The notes under the pieces are model-generated. The model had not been told where the DNA came from. It made no database searches and worked only from the letters and a program-made list of their open reading frames with translations. Positions 9,306 through 18,016 of a stretch of DNA of 59,329 nt are shown here, piece after piece (position 1 is the first letter of the stretch; each line of letters starts with the position of its first letter). A program made the translations under genes and the position numbers. Where the stretch lies: the IMG/VR virus record IMGVR_UViG_3300009034_000040, positions 1 through 59,329 of that record; one strand, given 5' to 3'. The stretch is from a virus (lineage: Duplodnaviria > Caudoviricetes).

Positions 9306-9649
9306 GGTTTGAACTGTCCTGTAATGCTCATTGTAAAGCTAGGATTAGTTCCCCCTATTGTACAACTAACTCTTAAGTAATGACCAAAGTTAGTAATCCT
9401 AGCATAGTCTCTTCCTGCTGCTGTTTTCTGAGCAAAACTAGTTAAAGTATGCCAATCATCAGCTGCATCATCCTTAATCTGAACTGAAACATCTAATGTA
9501 GGACTTGTACCAGTTACCGTATCAATCTCCAAGAATATTACTCCCTCAGTAAACACTTCACCACTAAACTCTTCACTGTTAAAGGTAGCTGTTTTAGCTG
9601 CTAAAGCAACAAATGGAATTCTATTACCGTGTGATCCTCTACTACTCAT
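9302..9649 (-). CDS. Small beta-rich virion protein
   Basis: VTGTSPTLDVSVQ...YLRV jelly-roll-like pattern; structural module. Confidence 0.55.
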   Translation of the reverse strand: MSSRGSHGNRIPFVALAAKTATFNSEEFSGEVFTEGVIFLEIDTVTGTSPTLDVSVQIKDDAADDWHTLTSFAQKTAAGRDYARITNFGHYLRVSCTIGGTNPSFTMSITGQFKP

Positions 9650-9668
9650 TTTTAAACCTCCTTTTTAA

Positions 9669-9851
9669 CTATGGTTCGTATACACAAATGCAATGCCAGA
9701 ACCCTTGATAATGTTCTATAGAAATCTCGTAAACTGTATGACTAGTACCAATACTAAGAGCATCTAACCAAGTCTCTATAGCTGTTGCTAATGCTGTATC
9801 ACTTAGGTTATCTGCCACAGAAGTCTTTGATACTTTAAAATCTCTAGCCAT
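9669..9851 (-). CDS. Hypothetical protein
   Basis: ORF with GGAGG SD in the structural operon. Confidence 0.6.
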   Translation of the reverse strand: MARDFKVSKTSVADNLSDTALATAIETWLDALSIGTSHTVYEISIEHYQGFWHCICVYEP

Positions 9852-9862
9852 TACTTAACCTC

Positions 9863-10075
9863 CTAAATCTCATCTAATCTTATTTCCTTTACATCATGGC
9901 TCTGTAACCACGAAGCAATCTTACGTATTAATAGTAAGAAATCTGTGTAAGTCTGTACTCCTAAACCTCTAACATAATCAAAATCAGTCTCGTCTTCTAA
10001 AGCACCGCTTTCTCTAATTATTACACTACCTATAGAATTATCGTCATATTTAATTCTAATTCTAGTATCAGTCAA
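9863..10075 (-). CDS. Hypothetical protein (paralog of 34832..35041)
   Basis: Tightly packed ORF; similarity seen by eye. Confidence 0.55.
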   Translation of the reverse strand: MTDTRIRIKYDDNSIGSVIIRESGALEDETDFDYVRGLGVQTYTDFLLLIRKIASWLQSHDVKEIRLDEI

Positions 10076-10261
10076 TTAAATCACTTCCAAATACTTTAAA
10101 GCTATACCCAATACAGTAATGAAAGAACCAGCTGCAAAGAGCGTTTGAATCCAATACCCTGTCTTTAACCAACCTACATCTACTTCTAGCTTATCAACCT
10201 TAGTTTGTAACTTATCAACTTTCATGTGAAGAGTTGGATTGTGCTTCTCTCTCTTACCCAC
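10076..10261 (-). CDS. Small coiled-coil plus transmembrane protein (XhlA/lysis-accessory-like)
   Basis: KVDKL heptad repeats followed by a C-terminal TM helix. Confidence 0.5.
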   Translation of the reverse strand: MGKREKHNPTLHMKVDKLQTKVDKLEVDVGWLKTGYWIQTLFAAGSFITVLGIALKYLEVI

Positions 10262-10266
10262 CTATA

Positions 10267-10530
10267 TCACGTTCCTGTCACTCTTACTTTTAATATATCC
10301 TCATCTGAACCTTGATCTTCTATAGTTATTACTTCAGAACCATCAGTCCATGTAGCATTAACCTTTACATCAGTTGTTATATCTATAACATCAGCCCAAT
10401 AAATATGATTAAGCCAATTACCGACATCTAGATTACCAGCAGTACTACCACTCTGAACTAGCGTAAAGAATAATTCCTTAATTCCTCCACCTAATCCAAT
10501 AATCTTCTCAAAGGTTATAGTTATAGCCAT
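10267..10530 (-). CDS. Putative capsid decoration protein
   Basis: 87-aa beta-rich protein near the MCP gene, ending KVRVTGT. Confidence 0.5.
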   Translation of the reverse strand: MAITITFEKIIGLGGGIKELFFTLVQSGSTAGNLDVGNWLNHIYWADVIDITTDVKVNATWTDGSEVITIEDQGSDEDILKVRVTGT

Positions 10531-10553
10531 GACTTCACCACCTAACTCTAATA

Positions 10554-10928
10554 TTAAACCTTCTTCTTTTCTTTATCTTCCTTAACCTTTACTTCTTCAG
10601 CATTAGCTATCCTCTTACAAAGCTCTACCTCATTCAATCCGAAACCGCTAAAAGCGTTAAATCCCTTATCTACTATTGCAAACTTAGCATCCTCTAAAAG
10701 AACATAACCTCTCTTAGGATACTCCTTTACTTGAGCCTTGATATCCTCTATAATCCTTGCTGCTTCTAATAGTTGAGGCATACTTAGTCTTTGACTAGTC
10801 ATCTGACCAGTAGCTAATACAACGTTCTCTATAGATGTCACCACATCGTAAGGTACTCTTTGTTTACCTTCTGCTGTAGGTACTTCTATAGTATATGACT
10901 TAATATTTATCTTCTTCAACAACACCAA
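10554..10928 (-). CDS. Hypothetical protein
   Basis: 124-aa ORF with GGAGG SD. Confidence 0.6.
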   Translation of the reverse strand: MVLLKKINIKSYTIEVPTAEGKQRVPYDVVTSIENVVLATGQMTSQRLSMPQLLEAARIIEDIKAQVKEYPKRGYVLLEDAKFAIVDKGFNAFSGFGLNEVELCKRIANAEEVKVKEDKEKKKV

Positions 10929-11220
10929 CCTCCAATTTGTTTATACCGTAAACTAACTTACTTAGATAGTAAACGGCATTCCTTTAACTATGTCCCCTTG
11001 TTTCTTACAGTATGGACACTCTATACCTTTACTCTTAGCCCATACCTTCTCACAGATAGGACATTCATACATCTCTTTTAGTTTCTTCTTTTTAGCCTTC
11101 TTAGGCAATTATCTCACTCCTTTTTCTCTTACTATTATTTATTACTTCAGACTTTATTAAATATTCCCTTATTAGGGATGGAAACTTAAAAAAAGGTTTA
11201 CCAACCTATAAATTTTAAAT

Positions 11221-12747
11221 CTAAGCTCCGTTTTTCTTAGTATCGAATATCGGTATGTAGTATGGAGTACCACCTAAGTCTATAGTAATATATCCATCAC
11301 AATCCACATCTGCACCCGCCGTAGTTGATAGATCACCTGAAGCAAATGGATTGCAGTTACTCGCTATAGTTCTATTGAATGAGAATAGGTTAGTAGCTAT
11401 ACCACCACCAGATTGATCTTGGAATCTAAATATAGCATCTGCATAAGTAGTTGTCAATGAACCTGATTTATATAATCTAAACCAATAGAGATCTCCACCC
11501 ATTGTAGTACCAGCGTTAAATGATTGCCATATATCTACGTTTACTGCTATAGCACCAGCTGCTTGTGTCAAATCATTCTCTAAATCTTCAAGTTTAACTT
11601 CAATTCCCTGAATAGTTCCACCTGTTAGTTGTGCTGAAGCTCCTTTGATACCCATATTCACCTGTATTCCACACATACTATAAACATCATAAGTACTAGC
11701 TCCGTAAGTATGAACTTGCAATGTTATTAGATTCCCTACAGTCATGTCAGCGTCATTATCACCTTCAAGTCTGAATTTAATCATTCCTTTAGAAACATCT
11801 ACCTTAGTTGTCTCAACTAGAATTTCTATGAATTCATCTGCTCCATCCCATTGCACATCATCTCCCCAATCCCCTATCTTAAGGAATTTAGGACACGTGT
11901 AAGTAGTACCGTCAAGTCCAAAGGTTATAGCACAAGTAGAAATATTACCTGTAAAAGCAATTCCTGTAGTTATAGTTCCGATATCTATAGCAGTTGTACA
12001 CATACTGTCTCCTAAGTCTATTCCTGTATCAAAAGCTGTGCCTGTCCAGATAGCACTATTAACAAATGCTATTCCAGCAGTCGTAGTAATAGCACCAGTC
12101 TCTAAAGGTAAATGTATCGCTATACCATGATAAGTACCCGTCCAAGCAACCGTAGCCTTACCAGCTATAAATAACCCACATGCACCATAACTAGTTCCAT
12201 CTCCTAAAGTAACTGCTCCACTACCTCTAGACTCTGTTCTAATCTCTAGACCTATAATACCGTAACTACTAGTATACTCTAAATATTTGCCTAAGTATGT
12301 TTCTCCACCAGTCATGATAGTACACAAATACATTCCATGCATTACACCGTCAAGAGAACCATCAGCTCTACACTGAACCCTAGCTGCTCTAATGTCGGCG
12401 TTTCTTTCTCCACCAACCGCTACTTGATAGTCATGAGTTAACTTAAAGAATACGTCCATAGCGTACATGTGCTTTGCTGTAGTTATATCATCAGCGTAAG
12501 CACCTGTCTCTGCATATACACCAAAGAGTGCTACGTCTTGTGTATCGTTATAAACTCTCTCAGCTAAATCGTAGCAGTAAACAGCTAGTAAATCTTTCTC
12601 TTGATCAATGTTTACTGGATCACATGACAAGTAACTCTTGTGAGGAAGGTTCATAGTAAATCCGTATTTATCAAGTGAATGACCACCACTAAGGTAAGGA
12701 CATCCAACTCGTGAATGTGCTGTTGCGATTTCTGTTATATCAGCCAT
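11221..12747 (-). CDS. Beta-helix-like virion spike/fibre protein
   Basis: 508 aa rich in Gly/Thr/Ile, with short GI-x-(F/L) repeats; C-terminal GTPYYIP motif; directly after the MCP gene. Confidence 0.55.
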   Translation of the reverse strand: MADITEIATAHSRVGCPYLSGGHSLDKYGFTMNLPHKSYLSCDPVNIDQEKDLLAVYCYDLAERVYNDTQDVALFGVYAETGAYADDITTAKHMYAMDVFFKLTHDYQVAVGGERNADIRAARVQCRADGSLDGVMHGMYLCTIMTGGETYLGKYLEYTSSYGIIGLEIRTESRGSGAVTLGDGTSYGACGLFIAGKATVAWTGTYHGIAIHLPLETGAITTTAGIAFVNSAIWTGTAFDTGIDLGDSMCTTAIDIGTITTGIAFTGNISTCAITFGLDGTTYTCPKFLKIGDWGDDVQWDGADEFIEILVETTKVDVSKGMIKFRLEGDNDADMTVGNLITLQVHTYGASTYDVYSMCGIQVNMGIKGASAQLTGGTIQGIEVKLEDLENDLTQAAGAIAVNVDIWQSFNAGTTMGGDLYWFRLYKSGSLTTTYADAIFRFQDQSGGGIATNLFSFNRTIASNCNPFASGDLSTTAGADVDCDGYITIDLGGTPYYIPIFDTKKNGA

Positions 12748-12759
12748 TTAATTACACCT

Positions 12760-12850
12760 CTTTTATAGTTTATACTCCTATTGTAGGAGTGGTATTCCCT
12801 CCCGAAAAATAACAGAGGGAATATGAAGAGTTCTATTGAACTCTTAAAAG
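12760..12850 (-). terminator. Multi-hairpin intergenic element after MCP (terminator/processing/stability element)
   Basis: Three perfect inverted repeats: 12774-12790, 12793-12823, 12826-12845. Confidence 0.6.
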
Positions 12851-12852
12851 AC

Positions 12853-13968
12853 CTACTTAAGGTCTACTAGTTTTCCATGTGCGTCAAACCTATAAGCCCG
12901 AAGCTCTGCCATCGTATCGTACATTCCTTCAATAGCATATAGCGATCTGTAAAGGAACCCTGCTCCTCTACCTGTCTCAGAATACGTAGTTGGTTTAGCT
13001 ATTGCTAGTTTCAAGTAGTCTGTATCTAGGAAGTAAATAGTTCCCAGTGTATCCTGTAGTTCACAGTGTTGACTAGGAATGATAGGTATACCAAAGTAAG
13101 TAGCAACCATGAACCCTGCCTCTACACCACCAGGTGCAAAGCTTCGTACTCCACCAAAGGTAGGTACTACACGTGCAGCATCCATGAATCTACGTTCAGC
13201 CTCTAGCAACTGTTGCCACCTCATCAAAGTATTAGTTCTTGTAACTATTACTTTTGGTTGACCACCGTTATCTAGAACGTTCTGGTACACAGTATCTATC
13301 AATGTCAAGGTTAGATCTCTATCTGTGTTGTCGTTCTCATTAACGTAAGCATCCCATGCAGTTCCAGTAGAACGTGCTGTATTACCGTAGATATTTGCAT
13401 CAGTAGATGCTGTACATCGGTTAGCTCCTTCCTCATTACTAGAAACCACACGGTCAATAGTCTCAAAGTTAGTTCCTGCTGGATCGTCATCTACGTCTTC
13501 ACCTAGAGCTTTGTTAATACAGAAAGCATGCTCTTTAGCTATTTCTTCTCTATAGAATGGAAGCAAATCAATAGCATCGTCTATTCCACCAAGGAACTCT
13601 GCTAATTCACCTATATCGAATGTATGTGCCATCCTCTTAGGCTTAGCACTTACTTGAACAAAGGTTAGTGTTAGAGGATCCGGTACTGCTCCACCAGTTG
13701 TAGATTCACTAACTCCTCCACCAGCTGTATGAGCAGCAGTAGTAAGTACACGCCAACCTGTCTTTACCCAAGGTTCCTTAGGTAATAGAGCAAATATATT
13801 AGCTTCTAGATTAAGCCAACTCCAAGCTTTCTTACCGTATATAGGTTCCCAATGAGTACCTGAACCAGCTGCTTCCGATACCTCAACTGCCTTACGAAGC
13901 ATATTAGTACCTGGATAGTAGTAGGCCATCATTTCTTCCATCGTTTGGAAGGTTCTTAGTTTTTGCAT
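12853..13968 (-). CDS. Major capsid protein (HK97 fold)
   Basis: 371 aa after protease and scaffold; YFGIPIIPS, IYFLDTDYL, HGKLVDL motifs. Confidence 0.9.
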   Translation of the reverse strand: MQKLRTFQTMEEMMAYYYPGTNMLRKAVEVSEAAGSGTHWEPIYGKKAWSWLNLEANIFALLPKEPWVKTGWRVLTTAAHTAGGGVSESTTGGAVPDPLTLTFVQVSAKPKRMAHTFDIGELAEFLGGIDDAIDLLPFYREEIAKEHAFCINKALGEDVDDDPAGTNFETIDRVVSSNEEGANRCTASTDANIYGNTARSTGTAWDAYVNENDNTDRDLTLTLIDTVYQNVLDNGGQPKVIVTRTNTLMRWQQLLEAERRFMDAARVVPTFGGVRSFAPGGVEAGFMVATYFGIPIIPSQHCELQDTLGTIYFLDTDYLKLAIAKPTTYSETGRGAGFLYRSLYAIEGMYDTMAELRAYRFDAHGKLVDLK

Positions 13969-13980
13969 TTCTCTCTCCTA

Positions 13981-14541
13981 CTATGCTCCACGTGCTTTAG
14001 CCCGTCTATGTATTTCTGCCCAAGGCATATCGTGTATTGCTTCTAAAGATAGTCCTTTATCCGCTTTAACAATCTTACTTCGTTTCTCAGCTGGTATCTC
14101 AACTAGACGTTTACTTATTTCTTTTTGAACTGCGTTCTCTATCATCTTCTCATACGGACGCTTCTCTGGTTCTTTCTCTTGCTTCTCTTTATCTTCTTCA
14201 TCTTCTTCTGGTTTCTCTTGTTTCTTCTTTTCCTCTTCCTCTTCTTTAGGAGGCTTAGGATATTTATCTTGTTTCTTTTCTTCTTCCTTAGGATATTTCT
14301 CAGGTTCTTTAGCTTGTTTCTTAGTTTCGTCTTCTTCCTCTTCAGGTTTCTTTTCTTGTTTCTTCTCTTCTTTAGGTTTCTTGTCTTCCTCTTCTTTCTC
14401 TTGCTTTCTCATCTCAAGATCACGTGTCAAAAGGTCAGCAACTTTATTTAGTATAGCACCAAATTCAACTGCCCATTGCGGACTGTCAGATTTCTTCTTC
14501 TCTTCTTCCTCTTCTGGCTTCTTAGGTTTTTCTTCTGGCAT
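13981..14541 (-). CDS. Scaffolding protein
   Basis: Low-complexity E/K/P repeats between protease and MCP genes. Confidence 0.75.
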   Translation of the reverse strand: MPEEKPKKPEEEEEKKKSDSPQWAVEFGAILNKVADLLTRDLEMRKQEKEEEDKKPKEEKKQEKKPEEEEDETKKQAKEPEKYPKEEEKKQDKYPKPPKEEEEEKKKQEKPEEDEEDKEKQEKEPEKRPYEKMIENAVQKEISKRLVEIPAEKRSKIVKADKGLSLEAIHDMPWAEIHRRAKARGA

Positions 14542-14578
14542 TCAATCTCTCTCCTATATTTATTTCTATATTACTCAT

Positions 14579-15736
14579 TTAGAGTAAGTGTGACAGAGCA
14601 ATATCTAACTCCTTTAATTTACTCTTAATAATAACCTTATTAACTGGACAACTAGATATCGAAACATTTATTGATTCCAATATTGCCTTTATCTTTTCTA
14701 AAGAGACTAATGATATATCAAAGTCTGCTTTCTTTCTTTCTTCTTCCTCTTCGTAAGGGCAAGGTTTCATAACCATTTCTTTCTTCTTTAAAGGTGATCT
14801 CAAAATTACTAAATCATGGAGATCGTAATAATCTGTAAATGGTCCTAAACCTGAAGGTTCGTGTATAATATGAATATCATTCCAAAGATCTAATCTGCCT
14901 TGTTTTCTAAGTTCATTATAGATTCTAGTCTGAATAGCTCTATCTATAAATGAACCTTTCTTAGCTGTAATTAAAAGATCGAAGTCATGTCCTTTACCTA
15001 ATTCAGCTGTGCTTCCTGCTAGTTTAGTGACCCCTGGACTAATAATCATGTTAGGAAGTGTATCTGATAGTTCAGCTAGTTTTCTTAATCTCTCTCCCTT
15101 AAGAATCTTAAACACTGAAGGTTGATTAGCTGGTCTATCAACAATAGCTACTTCATGAAGCTCCATCTTTTCAATACGTGTAAAACACTTACCTTCGCAG
15201 ACCGTACTAGAAGCTAGTGCTTCACCACCAATACTAAAGCCAGTGTATCTCCCGTCTTCTATTCCTTGCCAGGTTTGTTTTCCTTTTTCAATGTCTTGTC
15301 GTATTTCCCCAACAATGAAAAGACCGTTATCATCTACACCACTTTTCCAAATCTGTTTATCACTGTCTTCGTACTTATCTAGAATCTTAAATACAGGAAT
15401 GTTAGTATGCATTAAAGAACCAAAGTAGAAATCTTTATTTTTCTTAAAGTCTACCCAAGCTTCTTTAAGTACTGGTATAGGAATTAACTCGTTCTGTGAA
15501 TCTATTACCTCTACAGAAGCATAACCAGCTATGATGTTTCTCCCTTGATCCTTAAACTTCTTAGCTATAGGAAAGGAGAACACCCAAGGTGTCTGTATTT
15601 CTGGTTTAGGTAACTGATCTAACAACGTCTGTACTATATCACTTTTAAATATCTCTTTTCCCTCATTGAGAGGGTTAGACCCAGTAGCAAGGGTGTCTGG
15701 TTCATTACTACTGAGTCCACAAGAACAAGACGACAT
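14579..15736 (-). CDS. Prohead protease fused to a C-terminal Pol-beta-type nucleotidyltransferase-like domain
   Basis: IAGYAS, SLMH, GFSIGG, LHEVAIVDRPAN; C-terminal LAGS-x8-DFDLL. Confidence 0.85.
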   Translation of the reverse strand: MSSCSCGLSSNEPDTLATGSNPLNEGKEIFKSDIVQTLLDQLPKPEIQTPWVFSFPIAKKFKDQGRNIIAGYASVEVIDSQNELIPIPVLKEAWVDFKKNKDFYFGSLMHTNIPVFKILDKYEDSDKQIWKSGVDDNGLFIVGEIRQDIEKGKQTWQGIEDGRYTGFSIGGEALASSTVCEGKCFTRIEKMELHEVAIVDRPANQPSVFKILKGERLRKLAELSDTLPNMIISPGVTKLAGSTAELGKGHDFDLLITAKKGSFIDRAIQTRIYNELRKQGRLDLWNDIHIIHEPSGLGPFTDYYDLHDLVILRSPLKKKEMVMKPCPYEEEEERKKADFDISLVSLEKIKAILESINVSISSCPVNKVIIKSKLKELDIALSHLL

Positions 15737-15869
15737 GCATACCCTCTATTGACTAATACTTAATAGAGTAATTCCTAGTTATTTATATTTGATAGTTTAT
15801 TCTTTAAAATTTAAAATTAGTAAAACTTATTAAGGAGTATTAACTATTTAAATAATAGAAGGAATTTAA

Positions 15870-16025
15870 TTGGAAAAGAAAATTAAAGGCTTCAAGATAG
15901 ATGAAAAACTATGGAATACATTTAAAGCTCATTGTCTACTAAAAGGTATCAGTGTTGAAGAAGAATTAACTTCCTTAATCAAAGAGGTAATTAAAAATGA
16001 TCCGAACATTATTAAGAAAACTTAG
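15870..16025 (+). CDS. Ribbon-helix-helix regulator (not in the ORF track)
   Basis: TTG start, 51 aa; GFKIDEKLWNTFKAHCLLKGISVEEELTSLI. Confidence 0.65.
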   Translation: MEKKIKGFKIDEKLWNTFKAHCLLKGISVEEELTSLIKEVIKNDPNIIKKT

Positions 16026-16197
16026 AATCTTAAAATCTAAAGTACCAAAACACACTAAGAAATTTGTAGGGTTTGATTGTAATTATAAACTCTATAAGCA
16101 ATGGAGAATACGATGTATAAATAAAAACTTAAGAACAGGACATGAACTAGAACGCTTAATCAAGGAGGAACTTAAACGTGAAAGATACGAAGAGTAA
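15997..16197 (+). CDS. Ribbon-helix-helix regulator
   Basis: FVGFDCNYKLYKQWRIRC...ELERLIKE; similar to the preceding ORF. Confidence 0.6.
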   Translation: MIRTLLRKLRILKSKVPKHTKKFVGFDCNYKLYKQWRIRCINKNLRTGHELERLIKEELKRERYEE

Positions 16198-16336
16198 AAC
16201 ACCTAAATACCTTAACTTCCGTGTAACACCTAAAGAGTATTCTGATTTCTGGTATGTAGCTTCTTTGCTAGGAGAATCCAAGAAGAAGCCAGCCTTCCTC
16301 AAGATGCTCGCTAAGATAACGGAGTTACTTGAATGA
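16178..16336 (+). CDS. RHH-like small DNA-binding protein (not in the ORF track)
   Basis: GGAGG SD plus GTG start; YLNFRVTPKEY strand-helix pattern. Confidence 0.55.
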   Translation: MKDTKSKTPKYLNFRVTPKEYSDFWYVASLLGESKKKPAFLKMLAKITELLE

Positions 16337-16518
16337 CACCATACACAACAGTAGAAGTCATTAGAATCTGTATGTTCTGTAAGAAACCAGTATCTAAACT
16401 TGTTAAGGTTAATACTAGAATGTCTCCTGAAATCCTAGCAGACTTTAAGAAATTTCACTCAAAAGGTACAAGTCGCTATACTATCTGTGCTGACTGTAAA
16501 TTAAGGAGTAAAAGATAA
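16333..16518 (+). CDS. Zn-finger protein
   Basis: CMFC...CADC. Confidence 0.6.
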   Translation: MTPYTTVEVIRICMFCKKPVSKLVKVNTRMSPEILADFKKFHSKGTSRYTICADCKLRSKR

Positions 16519-16521
16519 CTA

Positions 16522-16899
16522 TTGAAAATTCACTATAGATGTTTCTCTAAACTAGAATCTAAAATAGTACGATCACTACTTGACTTAATATTACTTAAAA
16601 AGATTAAGGATGAGACTGCTACTTATCTCTATAAGATTAGAACGTCCATCCTCAATTCCTACAATGTTAATTTCGGTTTCAGTACCCTTCAAGAAACATT
16701 AAAGTTTTTAGAGTCAAAAGAATTCATCTCTAGTAAAATTACAAGAACAAACGTTTATCATCGCTTAATTGTAAATTATACTATTACTGAGAAAGGGTTA
16801 GAATATCTAAAAGATTCCGTACCTAAGCTAAAAATAACGTTTGACCTCTTACAGAAACAATTCAACTCTAATAATCAAGATTCTCTTAAAACTAAATAA
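16522..16899 (+). CDS. PadR-family winged-helix regulator
   Basis: TLQETLKFLESKEFI...YTITEKG. Confidence 0.8.
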   Translation: MKIHYRCFSKLESKIVRSLLDLILLKKIKDETATYLYKIRTSILNSYNVNFGFSTLQETLKFLESKEFISSKITRTNVYHRLIVNYTITEKGLEYLKDSVPKLKITFDLLQKQFNSNNQDSLKTK

Positions 16900-17628
16900 T
16901 TAAATTCTCCCGTCTTTCTTAGCCCAGTCAGTACTCCAGCTTTTCCATTTACCTCTAATTCTATGAGTAAGCTGTATTGTACCATCTAAGTAAACTCTAT
17001 ACCCTGAATCTCTTGCTTGCTTGCAGTATCCAAAGTCTTCTGCCCAACCCTCTATTAATGGGTAAAAGTTTATTCGTCTATCCTGTAATATCTTTCTAGG
17101 AATACTTAAGCAACCAGCACTAGTAGCTAACACTTCTTCTAATGGGTAGTACAATCGGTTTCTAAGTCTGTTCTTAGCTTTACTTATAGGACTCTTAAAT
17201 AACGTAGCTATCATTCTTCCTTCTGGGAATTCCCTTAAGTAAGCTCCACCTACTAAACAGTTAGGAGCAGTGGTTAATCCCTCTATTAAGTCTGTAGAAT
17301 CTATCAATATATCGCTATCTATAAAAATAGCAAAGTCTGGATCTAACCTTCTAGCTCTTGTCAGTAACAACTGTCTAGCATGAGCAATAATATCATAGCA
17401 TCGTTCCCAAGGTAAGCTCTTAGGTTCTACTGTCCAAAACCTTATTATATCTGTCGATATACCTGATTTATTGCCAAAAGTATATATTAAGTCTAAAGTC
17501 TTGTCTTCTGAATTATTTTCACAAAATATAACTTTATCTGGTGTAGGCTGTAACGCATATACTCGCTTCATCCACTCTTGGAAAATATCTTCTATCATAA
17601 ACACAGGTACTAGTAGTAAGGTTTTCAT
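16900..17628 (-). CDS. Glycosyltransferase family 2
   Basis: CENNSEDKT, IDSD (DxD), AEDFGYC, VYLDGTIQLTH. Confidence 0.85.
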   Translation of the reverse strand: MKTLLLVPVFMIEDIFQEWMKRVYALQPTPDKVIFCENNSEDKTLDLIYTFGNKSGISTDIIRFWTVEPKSLPWERCYDIIAHARQLLLTRARRLDPDFAIFIDSDILIDSTDLIEGLTTAPNCLVGGAYLREFPEGRMIATLFKSPISKAKNRLRNRLYYPLEEVLATSAGCLSIPRKILQDRRINFYPLIEGWAEDFGYCKQARDSGYRVYLDGTIQLTHRIRGKWKSWSTDWAKKDGRI

Positions 17629-18016
17629 ATCTAAGTCCTCTCATAACTAAAACCGCTTATACCATTCCGTAGGTTCTATACCCTTAGCTTTATTTTCTTT
17701 CTCTCGTTTCCTATAAGCTAAATAACAATCAGTTAATAGACTGCATTCGTTACAGTTCTCTCCTTTGGCTTGGTTAAAGAAGTGTGTAAAGCATTTCTTG
17801 CTGCATTGAACAGTCATTTCTAATCCTCTTCTTCTTCCTCAGTATATCTAGGACTCCAAGTTCCTTCTTGTTGTTTCTTTTCTTTTTTCTTTAAAAGTAC
17901 CCAAGCTTCTTTCTGAAGTTTACCTTTCTCATCATATTCATGTACTACTTTCCACTTAGCAATATCTTTCGTAGTCTTGTTATGTTTATTATCTAGATAT
18001 AATACTTTTATAGACA

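Noticed and set aside
12748-12880. Second BHB intron joining MCP to the spike gene (shares GGAAAACTAGT with the fibre intron)
   Set aside because: No intron stem, and the candidate junctions do not give an in-frame fusion; the match is explained by shared GKLV codons.
14125-14587. Plus-strand ORFs (F/L-rich, S-rich) and similar antisense ORFs elsewhere (e.g. 4635, 5461, 23603, 40112, 43231, 45910)
   Set aside because: Shadows of minus-strand genes, with no SD or recognisable motifs.
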